This document shows, piece by piece, positions 7,272 through 15,342 of a stretch of 15,499 nt of DNA. Source of the DNA: Fidelibacterota bacterium (GTDB taxonomy: Bacteria > Fidelibacterota > Marinisomatia > Marinisomatales > JABMOV01); contig JBHHUC010000055.1 in the NCBI GenBank assembly GCA_046861395.1, forward strand, positions 1 through 15,499, read 5' to 3'. Both the position numbers and the translations under genes were made by a program. The notes under the pieces are model-generated. The model was not told the DNA's origin, did not search any database, and worked only from the letters and a program-made list of their open reading frames with translations. How positions within the stretch are numbered: the first letter of the stretch is position 1; every line of letters begins with the position of its first letter.

Positions 7272-7655
7272 ATGGATCGACGCACATTTCTGGGGAAAAT
7301 CCCGGGTCTGACGGTCTTGCCTTTGGTCATATACAGCGTAGGCTGTGAGGATACGGCGGATTCATACGCGGCGGGAGACACGGATTCCGGTACCACCGAC
7401 TCGTTCCGCATAATATCGTCCACCGACAGCGGCCATTACCATTCCGTAGCAATTCAATATGCCCACATTACCACCGTCCCGTCTTCCAACCAGACCCTGA
7501 CCACCTCATCCGCGAACAGCCATTCCCATACCTTGACCCTAACTCCTGCCGATTACACGGCATTGCAAAACGGTGAAACCATCCTGAAAACATCATCAAC
7601 GGATGGCGGCCATACGCATTCTTTTCGTATCATGGTCCCCGATGGCTCCATGTAG
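7272..7655 (+). CDS. Putative Tat-exported lipoprotein with three HxH motifs (possible metal-binding protein)
   Basis: GGGAGG ribosome-binding site before ATG 7272; MDRRTFL twin-arginine motif; hydrophobic stretch ending in SVGC lipobox-like motif; GHYHS, SHSHT and GHTHS repeats. Confidence 0.8.
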   Translation: MDRRTFLGKIPGLTVLPLVIYSVGCEDTADSYAAGDTDSGTTDSFRIISSTDSGHYHSVAIQYAHITTVPSSNQTLTTSSANSHSHTLTLTPADYTALQNGETILKTSSTDGGHTHSFRIMVPDGSM

Positions 7656-7790
7656 TGGCGGCGGAGTTTTTTTGCTCTATTCAGATAATACCACCCGAAT
7701 ATATTTAATGTCGGGTCTTGTAAACTACTATAGCTATTTAAGATTATGATGTCGTAGATAGATCAACATCCAACAATCAGCGGAGGAAAT

Positions 7791-9062
7791 ATGTCCAAAT
7801 ACATGTTTACACTTACAGTCCTGGTTCTTATTAGTGTGGCCCCGGCTCAGGATTGTATCACCTGTCACCGGGATATCACACCCGGAGTTGTCACCGACTG
7901 GGAAATCAGTCGCCATTCCGAAGAAGATGTGACCTGTGATGCTTGCCATGGCAGCAACCATCTTTCGGCAGCGGACGTGGATAAAGTTGAATTACCCACA
8001 CCGGAGACCTGTGCTTCCTGCCACGATCAACAGGTGGAACAATTCATGGCCGGGAAACATGCCCTGGCTTGGGCCGCCCTTAAAGCGATGCCCACTACCC
8101 ACTGGGCCCCCATGGAACTAGTCGACGGCCAGAAAGGCTGTGGCGGTTGTCATAAGGTGGGAATTAAGTCTGAAGCAGAAATCACTACGTTAAAGAACGA
8201 CGGTCACAAATTCGGGAATGCATCCTGCGATGCCTGCCATACCCGTCATACTTTTTCCAAGCAAGAAGCACAGCAGCCACAGGCCTGTCAAACCTGTCAC
8301 ATGGGATTTGATCATCCCCAATGGGAAATGTGGTCTGCATCCAAACACGGCGTGCGTTACCTGCTGAAACAGACCGGTGTTTTACCGGAAAACACCACCG
8401 CTCCCTCTTGCCAGACCTGTCATATGCCCGACGGGAATCATGAAGTGCGCACAGCCTGGGGCTTCCTGGCGGTGCGGACCAATGGCCTGGCACCCTATCC
8501 CGGCGAAGATGAGGAATGGTGGGCCGACCGTGTCGCCATCCTGCAGGCCCTGGGTGTATTGGATCCGGAAGGAAATCCAACTCCCCGGCTCGATGTTGTC
8601 GCACAGGCCGATGTCGCCCGCTTATCGGCTGAAGCGTTTGATAAGGAGCGGAATAAGATGATCGCAGTCTGCAGTGATTGCCATTCGGAAAATTTCGCTA
8701 AAGGTGAACTGGAAAAAGTGGATAACTTGATTCGGGAAGGCGATGCGCTACTGGCGGAAGCCATTCGTGTGGTGGCTGGATTGTATGAAGACGGGATCCT
8801 GGAAAAACCGGAAAGTTATGTCAGTAATTTCCCCGACCTCCTCACCTTCCACGATGCCCCCACACCCATCGAACAACAACTGTTCGTCATGCATCTGAAA
8901 CATCGCATGCGTCTCTTCCAAGGTGCGTTCCACGCCAATCCCGATTATGCCCTTTGGTACGGCTGGAGTGAAATGATACAGGATTTGGCAGAAATCAAAG
9001 AAAAAGCCGAAGACCTGAGAGAAAAACACAAACCCCAGAAGAGAGGATTCTTCCGGAATTAA
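7791..9062 (+). CDS. Octaheme cytochrome c, hydroxylamine oxidoreductase (HAO)-like family
   Basis: GGAGG ribosome-binding site; Sec signal peptide; 8 CxxCH motifs (CITCH, CDACH, CASCH, CGGCH, CDACH, CQTCH, CQTCH, CSDCH); family-type motifs CHTRHTFS, CHMGFDHPQWE, SKHG and FHANPDY. Confidence 0.92.
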   Translation: MSKYMFTLTVLVLISVAPAQDCITCHRDITPGVVTDWEISRHSEEDVTCDACHGSNHLSAADVDKVELPTPETCASCHDQQVEQFMAGKHALAWAALKAMPTTHWAPMELVDGQKGCGGCHKVGIKSEAEITTLKNDGHKFGNASCDACHTRHTFSKQEAQQPQACQTCHMGFDHPQWEMWSASKHGVRYLLKQTGVLPENTTAPSCQTCHMPDGNHEVRTAWGFLAVRTNGLAPYPGEDEEWWADRVAILQALGVLDPEGNPTPRLDVVAQADVARLSAEAFDKERNKMIAVCSDCHSENFAKGELEKVDNLIREGDALLAEAIRVVAGLYEDGILEKPESYVSNFPDLLTFHDAPTPIEQQLFVMHLKHRMRLFQGAFHANPDYALWYGWSEMIQDLAEIKEKAEDLREKHKPQKRGFFRN

Positions 9063-9067
9063 TACCG

Positions 9068-9104
9068 AAAAGCCTCCTCCCCTGTATAGGGAGGAGGCTT
9101 TTTT
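9068..9104 (+). terminator. Rho-independent terminator
   Basis: AAAAGCCTCCTCCC-CTGTATA-GGGAGGAGGCTTTTTT, perfect stem just after the stop codon. Confidence 0.92.
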
Positions 9105-9280
9105 ATCTCCTCTTTCCCACAATGGGAATGTTATACTGTTTCTACGGTTACATTATTTAATCGTCAATGCGTGCGATCCCCCATGAAATAAACCATTTTG
9201 ATTATATCATATTTACGGCTAACTTTCGTCGAATCAGTTAGTATCCGTTATCAATCACCAATAAATAAATGGAGACGATT

Positions 9281-9697
9281 ATGAGATATATTTTAATAGT
9301 GCTTCTTCTCCTTTCCTCTGTCCTGCCCCAAGGCAAGAAAGATGTCCAGCAGGATCGCAGAAAAGCAGAATCACGCGTCATCGAATATGATGTCGTCCCG
9401 GTTCCTCTGGCACCCATCAAACCCAACTACCCTGAAAAGGACCGAATGGCCCGCCGACAAGGCACCGTAATGGTAAAAGTATTAGTTGACAGAACTGGTC
9501 GCGTTGCCGAAACCCGCGTTGTTCAGGGCATTCCCGGCTCCGGCTTTGACCGCGCTGCAGAAGACGCCATCAAGGGAATCCGTTTTTCACCAGCCCAACA
9601 GAGCGGAAAAGCCGTTGATGCCTGGGTCACGATCCCCGTCGAATTCAAGTTGGATAATCCCGATAAAAACGATATACGAAAGCCGAAAAACCCCTAA
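9281..9697 (+). CDS. tonB: Short TonB C-terminal-domain protein (energy transducer TonB family)
   Basis: PNYPEKDRMARRQGTVMVKVLVDRTGRV...FDRAAEDAI...FSPA...GKAV...IPVEF signature; N-terminal hydrophobic helix. GGAG before ATG 9281 favours that start over 9269. Confidence 0.85.
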   Translation: MRYILIVLLLLSSVLPQGKKDVQQDRRKAESRVIEYDVVPVPLAPIKPNYPEKDRMARRQGTVMVKVLVDRTGRVAETRVVQGIPGSGFDRAAEDAIKGIRFSPAQQSGKAVDAWVTIPVEFKLDNPDKNDIRKPKNP

Positions 9698-9719
9698 ACG
9701 CTACACAGTACTCATAAAG

Positions 9720-9750
9720 AAAAAAGCCTCCTGGAATCCAGGAGGCTTTT
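9720..9750. terminator. Bidirectional intrinsic terminator between convergent genes
   Basis: AAAAAAGCCTCCTGGA-A-TCCAGGAGGCTTTT: stem flanked by A and T tracts. Confidence 0.9.
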
Positions 9751-9758
9751 CATATACA

Positions 9759-9977
9759 CTACTGTTTCTTTTGATACCACATGACTATGAGTATCAAGGC
9801 CAGAAGGCCGGCCAGTCCGTTCTCGCCGAACTGACTCATGAGATTGCCGATGCCGGCAATAACCCCGAACATATCGTCAAATAAGATCCCGGCAACAATG
9901 CCCAGACCGATTAACGATAGCAGGAGATCCGTCAGACCCTTCAGCCACTCGGATATAGTTTGAAATGCATCTTTCAT
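9759..9977 (-). CDS. Small membrane protein of unknown function, 72 aa (paralog 2)
   Basis: Strong Shine-Dalgarno AAGGAGG; two hydrophobic segments; ungapped similarity to 10026-10238. Confidence 0.85.
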   Translation of the reverse strand: MKDAFQTISEWLKGLTDLLLSLIGLGIVAGILFDDMFGVIAGIGNLMSQFGENGLAGLLALILIVMWYQKKQ

Positions 9978-10025
9978 GCGTCCCTCCTTATTGGGTCGGA
10001 TTGCGATAGGAGGATCCTATCCGAG

Positions 10026-10238
10026 TTAGTCATTTAAAAACCAGACGAACACCACCAATGCTAACAGGCCGGCAAAACCATTGTTCAGGAATGAACCGAC
10101 CAGCATGACGATACCCCCAATGGGATCAAATCCCGTATCGAATACGATGTTCGCAAAAACTAGTAAAACGGCGAATGAAATCAAGATTCCTACCAATCCG
10201 GTAATGAAATCTTTTACCTTATTCAGGACATCTGCCAT
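10026..10238 (-). CDS. Small membrane protein of unknown function, 70 aa (paralog 1)
   Basis: Strong Shine-Dalgarno AAGGAGGT; shares NGxAGLLAL with the neighbouring gene. Confidence 0.85.
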   Translation of the reverse strand: MADVLNKVKDFITGLVGILISFAVLLVFANIVFDTGFDPIGGIVMLVGSFLNNGFAGLLALVVFVWFLND

Positions 10239-10467
10239 AGTGTACCTCCTTGGTTTGGTTTATATCTCAGGGATCGCGTCAGGTATTCGTTGTCTTCATC
10301 TTCATCATCGTCATTGGGAAGCGGAAAACCCTGGTTATTTAGCTTCTAAATTTAACCTGAATTGAGATAATATCAATTCATTAATTGTGAGGCTTCCAGC
10401 CCTTTATCTTACCTGCCAGACGTCTTAAATTGTTCCCGGGGATATGCTTATTCATACAGGAGAAGAT

Positions 10468-12060
10468 ATGATACGGTCTGTACGACAACTTTTTATTACC
10501 CTTTCTACGCTCATCATTCTGGCCATGATCTGGTTGTGGTTCACTGTATCCTGGTCCTGGATCGTGGTCATTATCATTGCACCTTTCATTTTACTGGGAT
10601 ACTGGGATATGGTCCAGCAGAAACATGCCCTGCTCCGGATTTATCCTGTCATTGGTCATCTACGTTTTCTCTTCGAATCCATTCGTCCGGAAATCCAGCA
10701 ATATTTCGTGGAATCCAATATTGACGGGCGGCCGGTCAGCCGTGAATTTCGCGATCTGGTCTATCAGCGTGCGAAAGGTGATCGGGACACTCGACCCTTT
10801 GGCACCCAATTCGAAGTATACCGTAACGGATACCAGTGGTTGAATCATTCCTTATCCCCGCAACCAATTCTAACAGAAGAGCCCCGGGTAACATTCGGCG
10901 GCTCTGCCTGCAATCAACCATATTCTGCGTCCCATTTAAACATATCGGCCATGAGTTACGGCTCACTCAGTAAAAATGCGATTCTGGCCCTGAATACGGG
11001 AGCCAGGATAGGACATTTTTATCACAATACAGGCGAAGGAGGCATCAGTCCTTATCATACCGAACCCGGTGGAGACCTGGTCTGGCAAATTGGAACAGGT
11101 TACTTCGGCTGTCGCACCGCTGACGGTCGTTTTGATTCCCAATTATTCACCGAAAAGACCGGGAATCCGCATATAAAGATGATTGAAATCAAACTTTCCC
11201 AGGGAGCCAAACCGGGCCATGGTGGCATCTTGCCGGCCGCGAAACTGACACCGGAAATTGCAGCCATCCGCCAAGTGCCGCTGGGACGGGATGTGTTGTC
11301 ACCGTCTTACCATGCGGCATTTTCCACTCCCTTGGAATTACTGGATTTCATCGCATCCCTCCGGGAATTGTCCGGCGGAAAACCGGTGGGATTCAAATTA
11401 TGTCTGGGCCATAAATCTGAATTCCTGGCCATCTGCAAGGCCATGATGGAAAAAGAAATCTTTCCTGATTTCATTACCGTGGATGGCGGCGAAGGGGGAA
11501 CCGGAGCGGCCCCCATCGAATTGACAAATTCAGTCGGGACACCGCTGCGCGACGGATTATCCTTCGTGCATAATGCCCTGCGAGGTTGTGGCTTGCGGGA
11601 CCAGATTCGGCTTATTGCTTCCGGGAAAATAATTTCCGCCTTTGACATTATCCGGGCTCTGGCCCTGGGAGCCGATACGGTGAACAGTGCCCGTGCCATG
11701 ATGTTTGCCCTGGGATGCATCCAGGCCCGACGGTGTAATTCCGGTGATTGTCCCACCGGAATTGCGACCCAGGATCCTACTCGTACCCGTGCTCTGGATG
11801 TGGACCATAAAGCACAGCGTGTTGCCCGTTACCAGCAGGCCATGATTCATCAAATGCTGGAATTAATCGCTGCCGCCGGATTGAAGAGTCCCGCAGAAAT
11901 ACGGCCCCAACATATCAATCATCGGGTGGCCGGAGCTACAGTAAAAACCTATGCTGATATGTATCCTCCGATTCCGGAGAATTGTTTGCGGGAGGACCAT
12001 CAAATTCCCGAAGATTGGCTGCCCCACTGGTCCCTGGCTAAATCGGATTGCTGGGGATAA
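10468..12060 (+). CDS. FMN-binding glutamate synthase family protein (stand-alone, YerD-like, N-terminal membrane anchor)
   Basis: Motifs SAMSYGSLS, NTGEGG, EIKLSQGAKPGHGG, DGGEGGTGAAP and CIQARRCNSGDCPTG ([3Fe-4S]-type cysteines). AGGAG before ATG 10468 (ORF track start is 10444). Confidence 0.93.
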   Translation: MIRSVRQLFITLSTLIILAMIWLWFTVSWSWIVVIIIAPFILLGYWDMVQQKHALLRIYPVIGHLRFLFESIRPEIQQYFVESNIDGRPVSREFRDLVYQRAKGDRDTRPFGTQFEVYRNGYQWLNHSLSPQPILTEEPRVTFGGSACNQPYSASHLNISAMSYGSLSKNAILALNTGARIGHFYHNTGEGGISPYHTEPGGDLVWQIGTGYFGCRTADGRFDSQLFTEKTGNPHIKMIEIKLSQGAKPGHGGILPAAKLTPEIAAIRQVPLGRDVLSPSYHAAFSTPLELLDFIASLRELSGGKPVGFKLCLGHKSEFLAICKAMMEKEIFPDFITVDGGEGGTGAAPIELTNSVGTPLRDGLSFVHNALRGCGLRDQIRLIASGKIISAFDIIRALALGADTVNSARAMMFALGCIQARRCNSGDCPTGIATQDPTRTRALDVDHKAQRVARYQQAMIHQMLELIAAAGLKSPAEIRPQHINHRVAGATVKTYADMYPPIPENCLREDHQIPEDWLPHWSLAKSDCWG

Positions 12061-12074
12061 TCCCGCCGGGAAAG

Positions 12075-12710
12075 TTATTCCTTACCGGCCGACAGGGCGA
12101 TGAATACCTGAGCCGGGAAATAGGTCCCCAGAACGATCAATCGGGACAGATCAAAGGGAGCATAAAAGCGGTTAAAAGCCAGCGACGTATCGGACAGGAT
12201 AAACAGCAGGGAACCTACCACTGCCAGGATCCCGGCGGTAGCACCGCGACGATAACGTAACAGGGCCGAATATCCCATGACCAGAATCACAGTAATATAG
12301 ACCAGGACCGGAAGAGCCAGATCGCCCAGTCCGGGATATAAAACGGTATATACAATAATACCAAACAAAAGATACAGCAGGAAGGTTCGGTCCCAGCTCC
12401 AGCCCGTCTGTCGTGTGAAGGCCACAATATAGCTGATCTGTGCCAGAAGAAAGGCAATCAGTCCGAACAGGAACAGGGTGTTGGGCCACATGAGAAAGGT
12501 ATCGCCGACCAGGGAAAAGATCAGACCGATCACGATCCAACGACGGTAACAATGCGACACGGGGGATCGGAAGAACGGCAACATTATGATAAGCAACGTC
12601 GTCACCGGCTTCGTGGCATAAACCAGGAGGCGATTCGTCCCGTATTCCGCCACGATGGTCGCCACCGCGAACAGCCCGATTAACCCCAGGAGCATCGTTG
12701 TTTTCTTCAT
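12075..12710 (-). CDS. yhhN: YhhN/TMEM86-family (lysoplasmalogenase-like) membrane protein
   Basis: Motifs KP, GLIFSLVGDTFL, AFLLAQISY, LFILSD and TYFPAQ; about 8 hydrophobic segments; GGGAGA upstream. Confidence 0.9.
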   Translation of the reverse strand: MKKTTMLLGLIGLFAVATIVAEYGTNRLLVYATKPVTTLLIIMLPFFRSPVSHCYRRWIVIGLIFSLVGDTFLMWPNTLFLFGLIAFLLAQISYIVAFTRQTGWSWDRTFLLYLLFGIIVYTVLYPGLGDLALPVLVYITVILVMGYSALLRYRRGATAGILAVVGSLLFILSDTSLAFNRFYAPFDLSRLIVLGTYFPAQVFIALSAGKE

Positions 12711-12738
12711 GATATTTTCTCCCGAATGTCAGAATATA

Positions 12739-12941
12739 CCCCGTTGTGCACCTTAGAAAAAGTTTTAGGATAAAACAGTTATAAGACGGTTAATGAGAAA
12801 GAGTTAACCCTGTTTTACTTCAAATTGCCTTATATGGAGTGGATTGAGCGTCTCAATCCATGCATCAACACGGTTGATGCATTCCAAAAATAGTTAATCT
12901 TGATAATACTTACCCAAAAACAATGAATATGCACAACGGGT
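12739..12941. mobile_element. MITE copy B (203 bp), inverted relative to copy A
   Basis: Terminal inverted repeats CCCCGTTGTGCA / TGCACAACGGGT; exact 7-bp flanking direct repeat GAATATA (12732-12738, 12942-12948). Confidence 0.9.
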
Positions 12942-12956
12942 GAATATAATAAGAAA

Positions 12957-13621
12957 TTAGTCCCCGGCCTCATCCCGGTTTCCCGGTTCGGTATATACGG
13001 AACAGGCTATCAGCAACTGGGCTGGAAAATAGGTACTTACCATGATGATATGCGAAAAATGGAAGGGAATGAAAAAACGATTGATTATGAATAGAAAAAT
13101 GGCCACAGTAAACAATACGGTACCGTAAACGGCGAGGATATTCCCCTCCCTGACGGCCAGAAAACGATCCAGGGCCAGCCATCTCATGGTGAGTACGAGT
13201 AAAAAATATAGCAGAATCGGCCAGCGCTGCCACCCGTAACCAGGGATCAGGAAGGTATAAATCACCGCACCATATATAATGTAAGAATATGAGAAGATGA
13301 ACCAGCCCGGCCGTACTTTGCGACCAGCAAGAAAGGCAATCATATAGCAGAGAAATGTCCCCAGAAAACCGCCGCCGTCATAAATAAGTTATGAGACAAG
13401 AGAAAAATAATATCGCCCAACATGGCAAAGACCAGTCCCAGCGTGATCCATGTTTGATATACATTCTTCCCGCTGGCCAGCCATGCCACGGCAGCGATGA
13501 AAAAAGATAAAACCGGTCGAAGAAGGAAGGAAGCGTAGTGCCAGTGATTGTAATCGGAAATGATGGTGGCACAGATCAAACAAGTAATGATAATGAGTAA
13601 TGGTCTGGGCGGATGGATCAT
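12957..13621 (-). pseudogene. Frameshifted YhhN-family paralog (ORFs 13340-13621 and 12957-13343)
   Basis: N-half has GLVFAMLGDIIF and C-half has TYFPAQ. Adding one T to the T4 run at 13365-13368 (minus strand) gives VFLGTFLCYMIAF, matching AFLLAQISYIVAF of the neighbouring gene, and a 221-aa product. Confidence 0.8.
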
Positions 13622-13654
13622 GATGGGATCGTCCTATTCCGGTTACTGGAGAAC

Positions 13655-13684
13655 AAAAGAGGGGAGCATGGTGGGCTCCCCTCT
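13655..13684 (-). terminator. Intrinsic terminator downstream of the cytochrome c gene
   Basis: AGAGGGGAGC-7 nt-GCTCCCCTCT perfect 10-bp stem with a short T tract on the minus strand. Confidence 0.75.
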
Positions 13685-13739
13685 CTGGTATGGACCATAC
13701 AGTTCAGTCTGTATTGATTAACCTGCCTGGAGCTCCCTG

Positions 13740-15203
13740 TTAATGAATTGAAAGGAGGTAATCATTCAACTCACCAAGTGTTTTTGCAGGAGCCACTGTC
13801 CCACCGCCCCCGTTTGCATCGGCATGACAGCCGTAACAGACATTGGCAACGGACAGCTTTGTATGGTCATTATCGTCCAGCCGCATTGTTTTTCCATCAT
13901 CGGAATACATGTTCCAGGATGTATCCGCCGCAATGGCAAAGGTATGGCTGTGAATATCGCCCTGATATCCAGCCACGGTCTGAACTGCAGATTTCGCTGT
14001 TTTCGCCATGTGACAGCTGGTGCAGGATACCGCATCATGGGGTGTATTGATCGATACTCCACCGTGACAGGTCGTACATTCTTCAATTATACCGTCGCCG
14101 TCCCAGATGACCCGTTTGTGTGGGTCATGGCACGTGGAACAATTCATACCGGCATTTTCATAATGATTGGTATGAATGAATTCATCATATTGTTCATGGT
14201 GTTTGGTGAATCCGCTGCTAACAGCCACAGAATGATCTGAATTGCGGTAATGGCATTGACCACATAATTCCGTTACTTCATCCCCGGCCGGCAGATCAAT
14301 ATACCCCGCACCCATGCTTTCCACATGTTTACTGCCTTGACCATGGCACCGTTCACATTGGACACCACCATAAGCAAAGGTTCCATAGACATCGGGTAGC
14401 CATTCTCCGGTTTCAGTAGCACCGGTCGTATGGCAACGGAAACAACCGTAGTTGTATTCTTTTACATCGGTGGTATGATAATCGACCCAACCCCAGTCTG
14501 TTCCACTAAAGAAGTTGTACTGGTTCTGCCCCCCACCGGTATTGATAACACTGTTGGCAGTCCCAACAATATTTCCAGTGTTATCCACAAAGCGGGCTTT
14601 CCAGCCGAAACCGCCGATTACACCCAAAATGTCATTCCAGCTTGATGCTCCAGTAGGAAGATTCAACACGCGGCTTTCCTCAACGAAGTTGGGGTAAGAA
14701 GGCGCTTCATTTCCGTCGGAGAAGTTGAATTTGTATGGATGACCGGATTCGATAAATTCGGCATATTGTTCAGCGTGGCACTGTTTGCAGGTAGACGAAC
14801 CAACGAAATGAAATTCCGGTTGATCAGCGGAACTGATGGTCACTCCATCGCTGGCTGATGTTGACAAATCGCCGTCGCTGACACTTACTTTGAAGATGGC
14901 AGAGGCCGCCACGGCAAAATTTGCCACCCATTGGACCGAAGCTTCGCTCGTGGACAGAAATTGTCCCAGATCGTTGTTTTCCGACCAGCTGTAAATCAGT
15001 AAATCATCATCCGGATCTTCTGCGACAACCGTGAGTGTTAACGTATCACCAAAATTGAAGCTGTTGCCATCAATCATGAGTGATGTAATCACCGGGCTGG
15101 TGTTACTGTCACTGGTTGTATTGTCGCATCCCCCGCACAGGATGATGATTATACCAAGCAATAAGTAGGCACTTGTTTTATATGCTTTCATCATAATCTC
15201 CAT
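13740..15203 (-). CDS. Octaheme cytochrome c lipoprotein with N-terminal Ig/PKD-like region
   Basis: LCGGC lipobox-like motif; NTSPVI...AEDPDDDLLIYSW...VSVSDG beta-rich region; 8 CxxCH motifs (CKQCH, CFRCH, CERCH, CGQCH, CSTCH, CTTCH, CTSCH, CYGCH). The true start may be ATG 15191 (GGAG upstream). Confidence 0.92.
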   Translation of the reverse strand: MEIMMKAYKTSAYLLLGIIIILCGGCDNTTSDSNTSPVITSLMIDGNSFNFGDTLTLTVVAEDPDDDLLIYSWSENNDLGQFLSTSEASVQWVANFAVAASAIFKVSVSDGDLSTSASDGVTISSADQPEFHFVGSSTCKQCHAEQYAEFIESGHPYKFNFSDGNEAPSYPNFVEESRVLNLPTGASSWNDILGVIGGFGWKARFVDNTGNIVGTANSVINTGGGQNQYNFFSGTDWGWVDYHTTDVKEYNYGCFRCHTTGATETGEWLPDVYGTFAYGGVQCERCHGQGSKHVESMGAGYIDLPAGDEVTELCGQCHYRNSDHSVAVSSGFTKHHEQYDEFIHTNHYENAGMNCSTCHDPHKRVIWDGDGIIEECTTCHGGVSINTPHDAVSCTSCHMAKTAKSAVQTVAGYQGDIHSHTFAIAADTSWNMYSDDGKTMRLDDNDHTKLSVANVCYGCHADANGGGGTVAPAKTLGELNDYLLSIH

Positions 15204-15207
15204 ATGG

Positions 15208-15223
15208 TTAAAAGATCTTTTAA
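15208..15223. promoter_or_regulatory. Perfect 16-bp palindrome, candidate operator
   Basis: TTAAAAGATCTTTTAA in a divergent intergenic region; TTAAAAGATC recurs at 15277-15286. Confidence 0.45.
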
Positions 15224-15342
15224 ACCATTTCTCATAAAATGGCGCATGAGTTTACAAGATGAAGATTAAATGCAGTTTAAAAGATCATTAGAGAATTCTA
15301 ATGGCAGATGTAAGTTTTCCCTGTTCTTTTTCTGCCGGAATC

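Noticed and set aside
7005..7423. Minus-strand ORFs 7005-7193 and 7190-7423
   Set aside because: No recognisable motifs; 7190-7423 is antisense to the better-supported Tat lipoprotein.
7693..7716. ACCCGA-N12-TCGGGT inverted repeat upstream of the HAO-like gene
   Set aside because: Only 6-bp arms and a single occurrence; cannot be distinguished from chance.
10277..10315. Possible leader peptide MTMMKMKTTNT (minus strand) upstream of the small membrane proteins
   Set aside because: Arises from a low-complexity GAT/GAA repeat; no ribosome-binding site or attenuator structure evident.
3105..12941. Composite transposon carrying the 9.4-kb interior
   Set aside because: Each MITE copy has its own flanking direct repeat, the outer flanks do not match each other, and no transposase is present.
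1284..14697. Numerous antisense or alternate-frame ORFs (e.g. 1284-1886, 3468-3884, 5065-5541, 8185-8604, 11307-11756, 13824-14240)
   Set aside because: They lie within well-supported genes and show no domain signatures; shadow ORFs.
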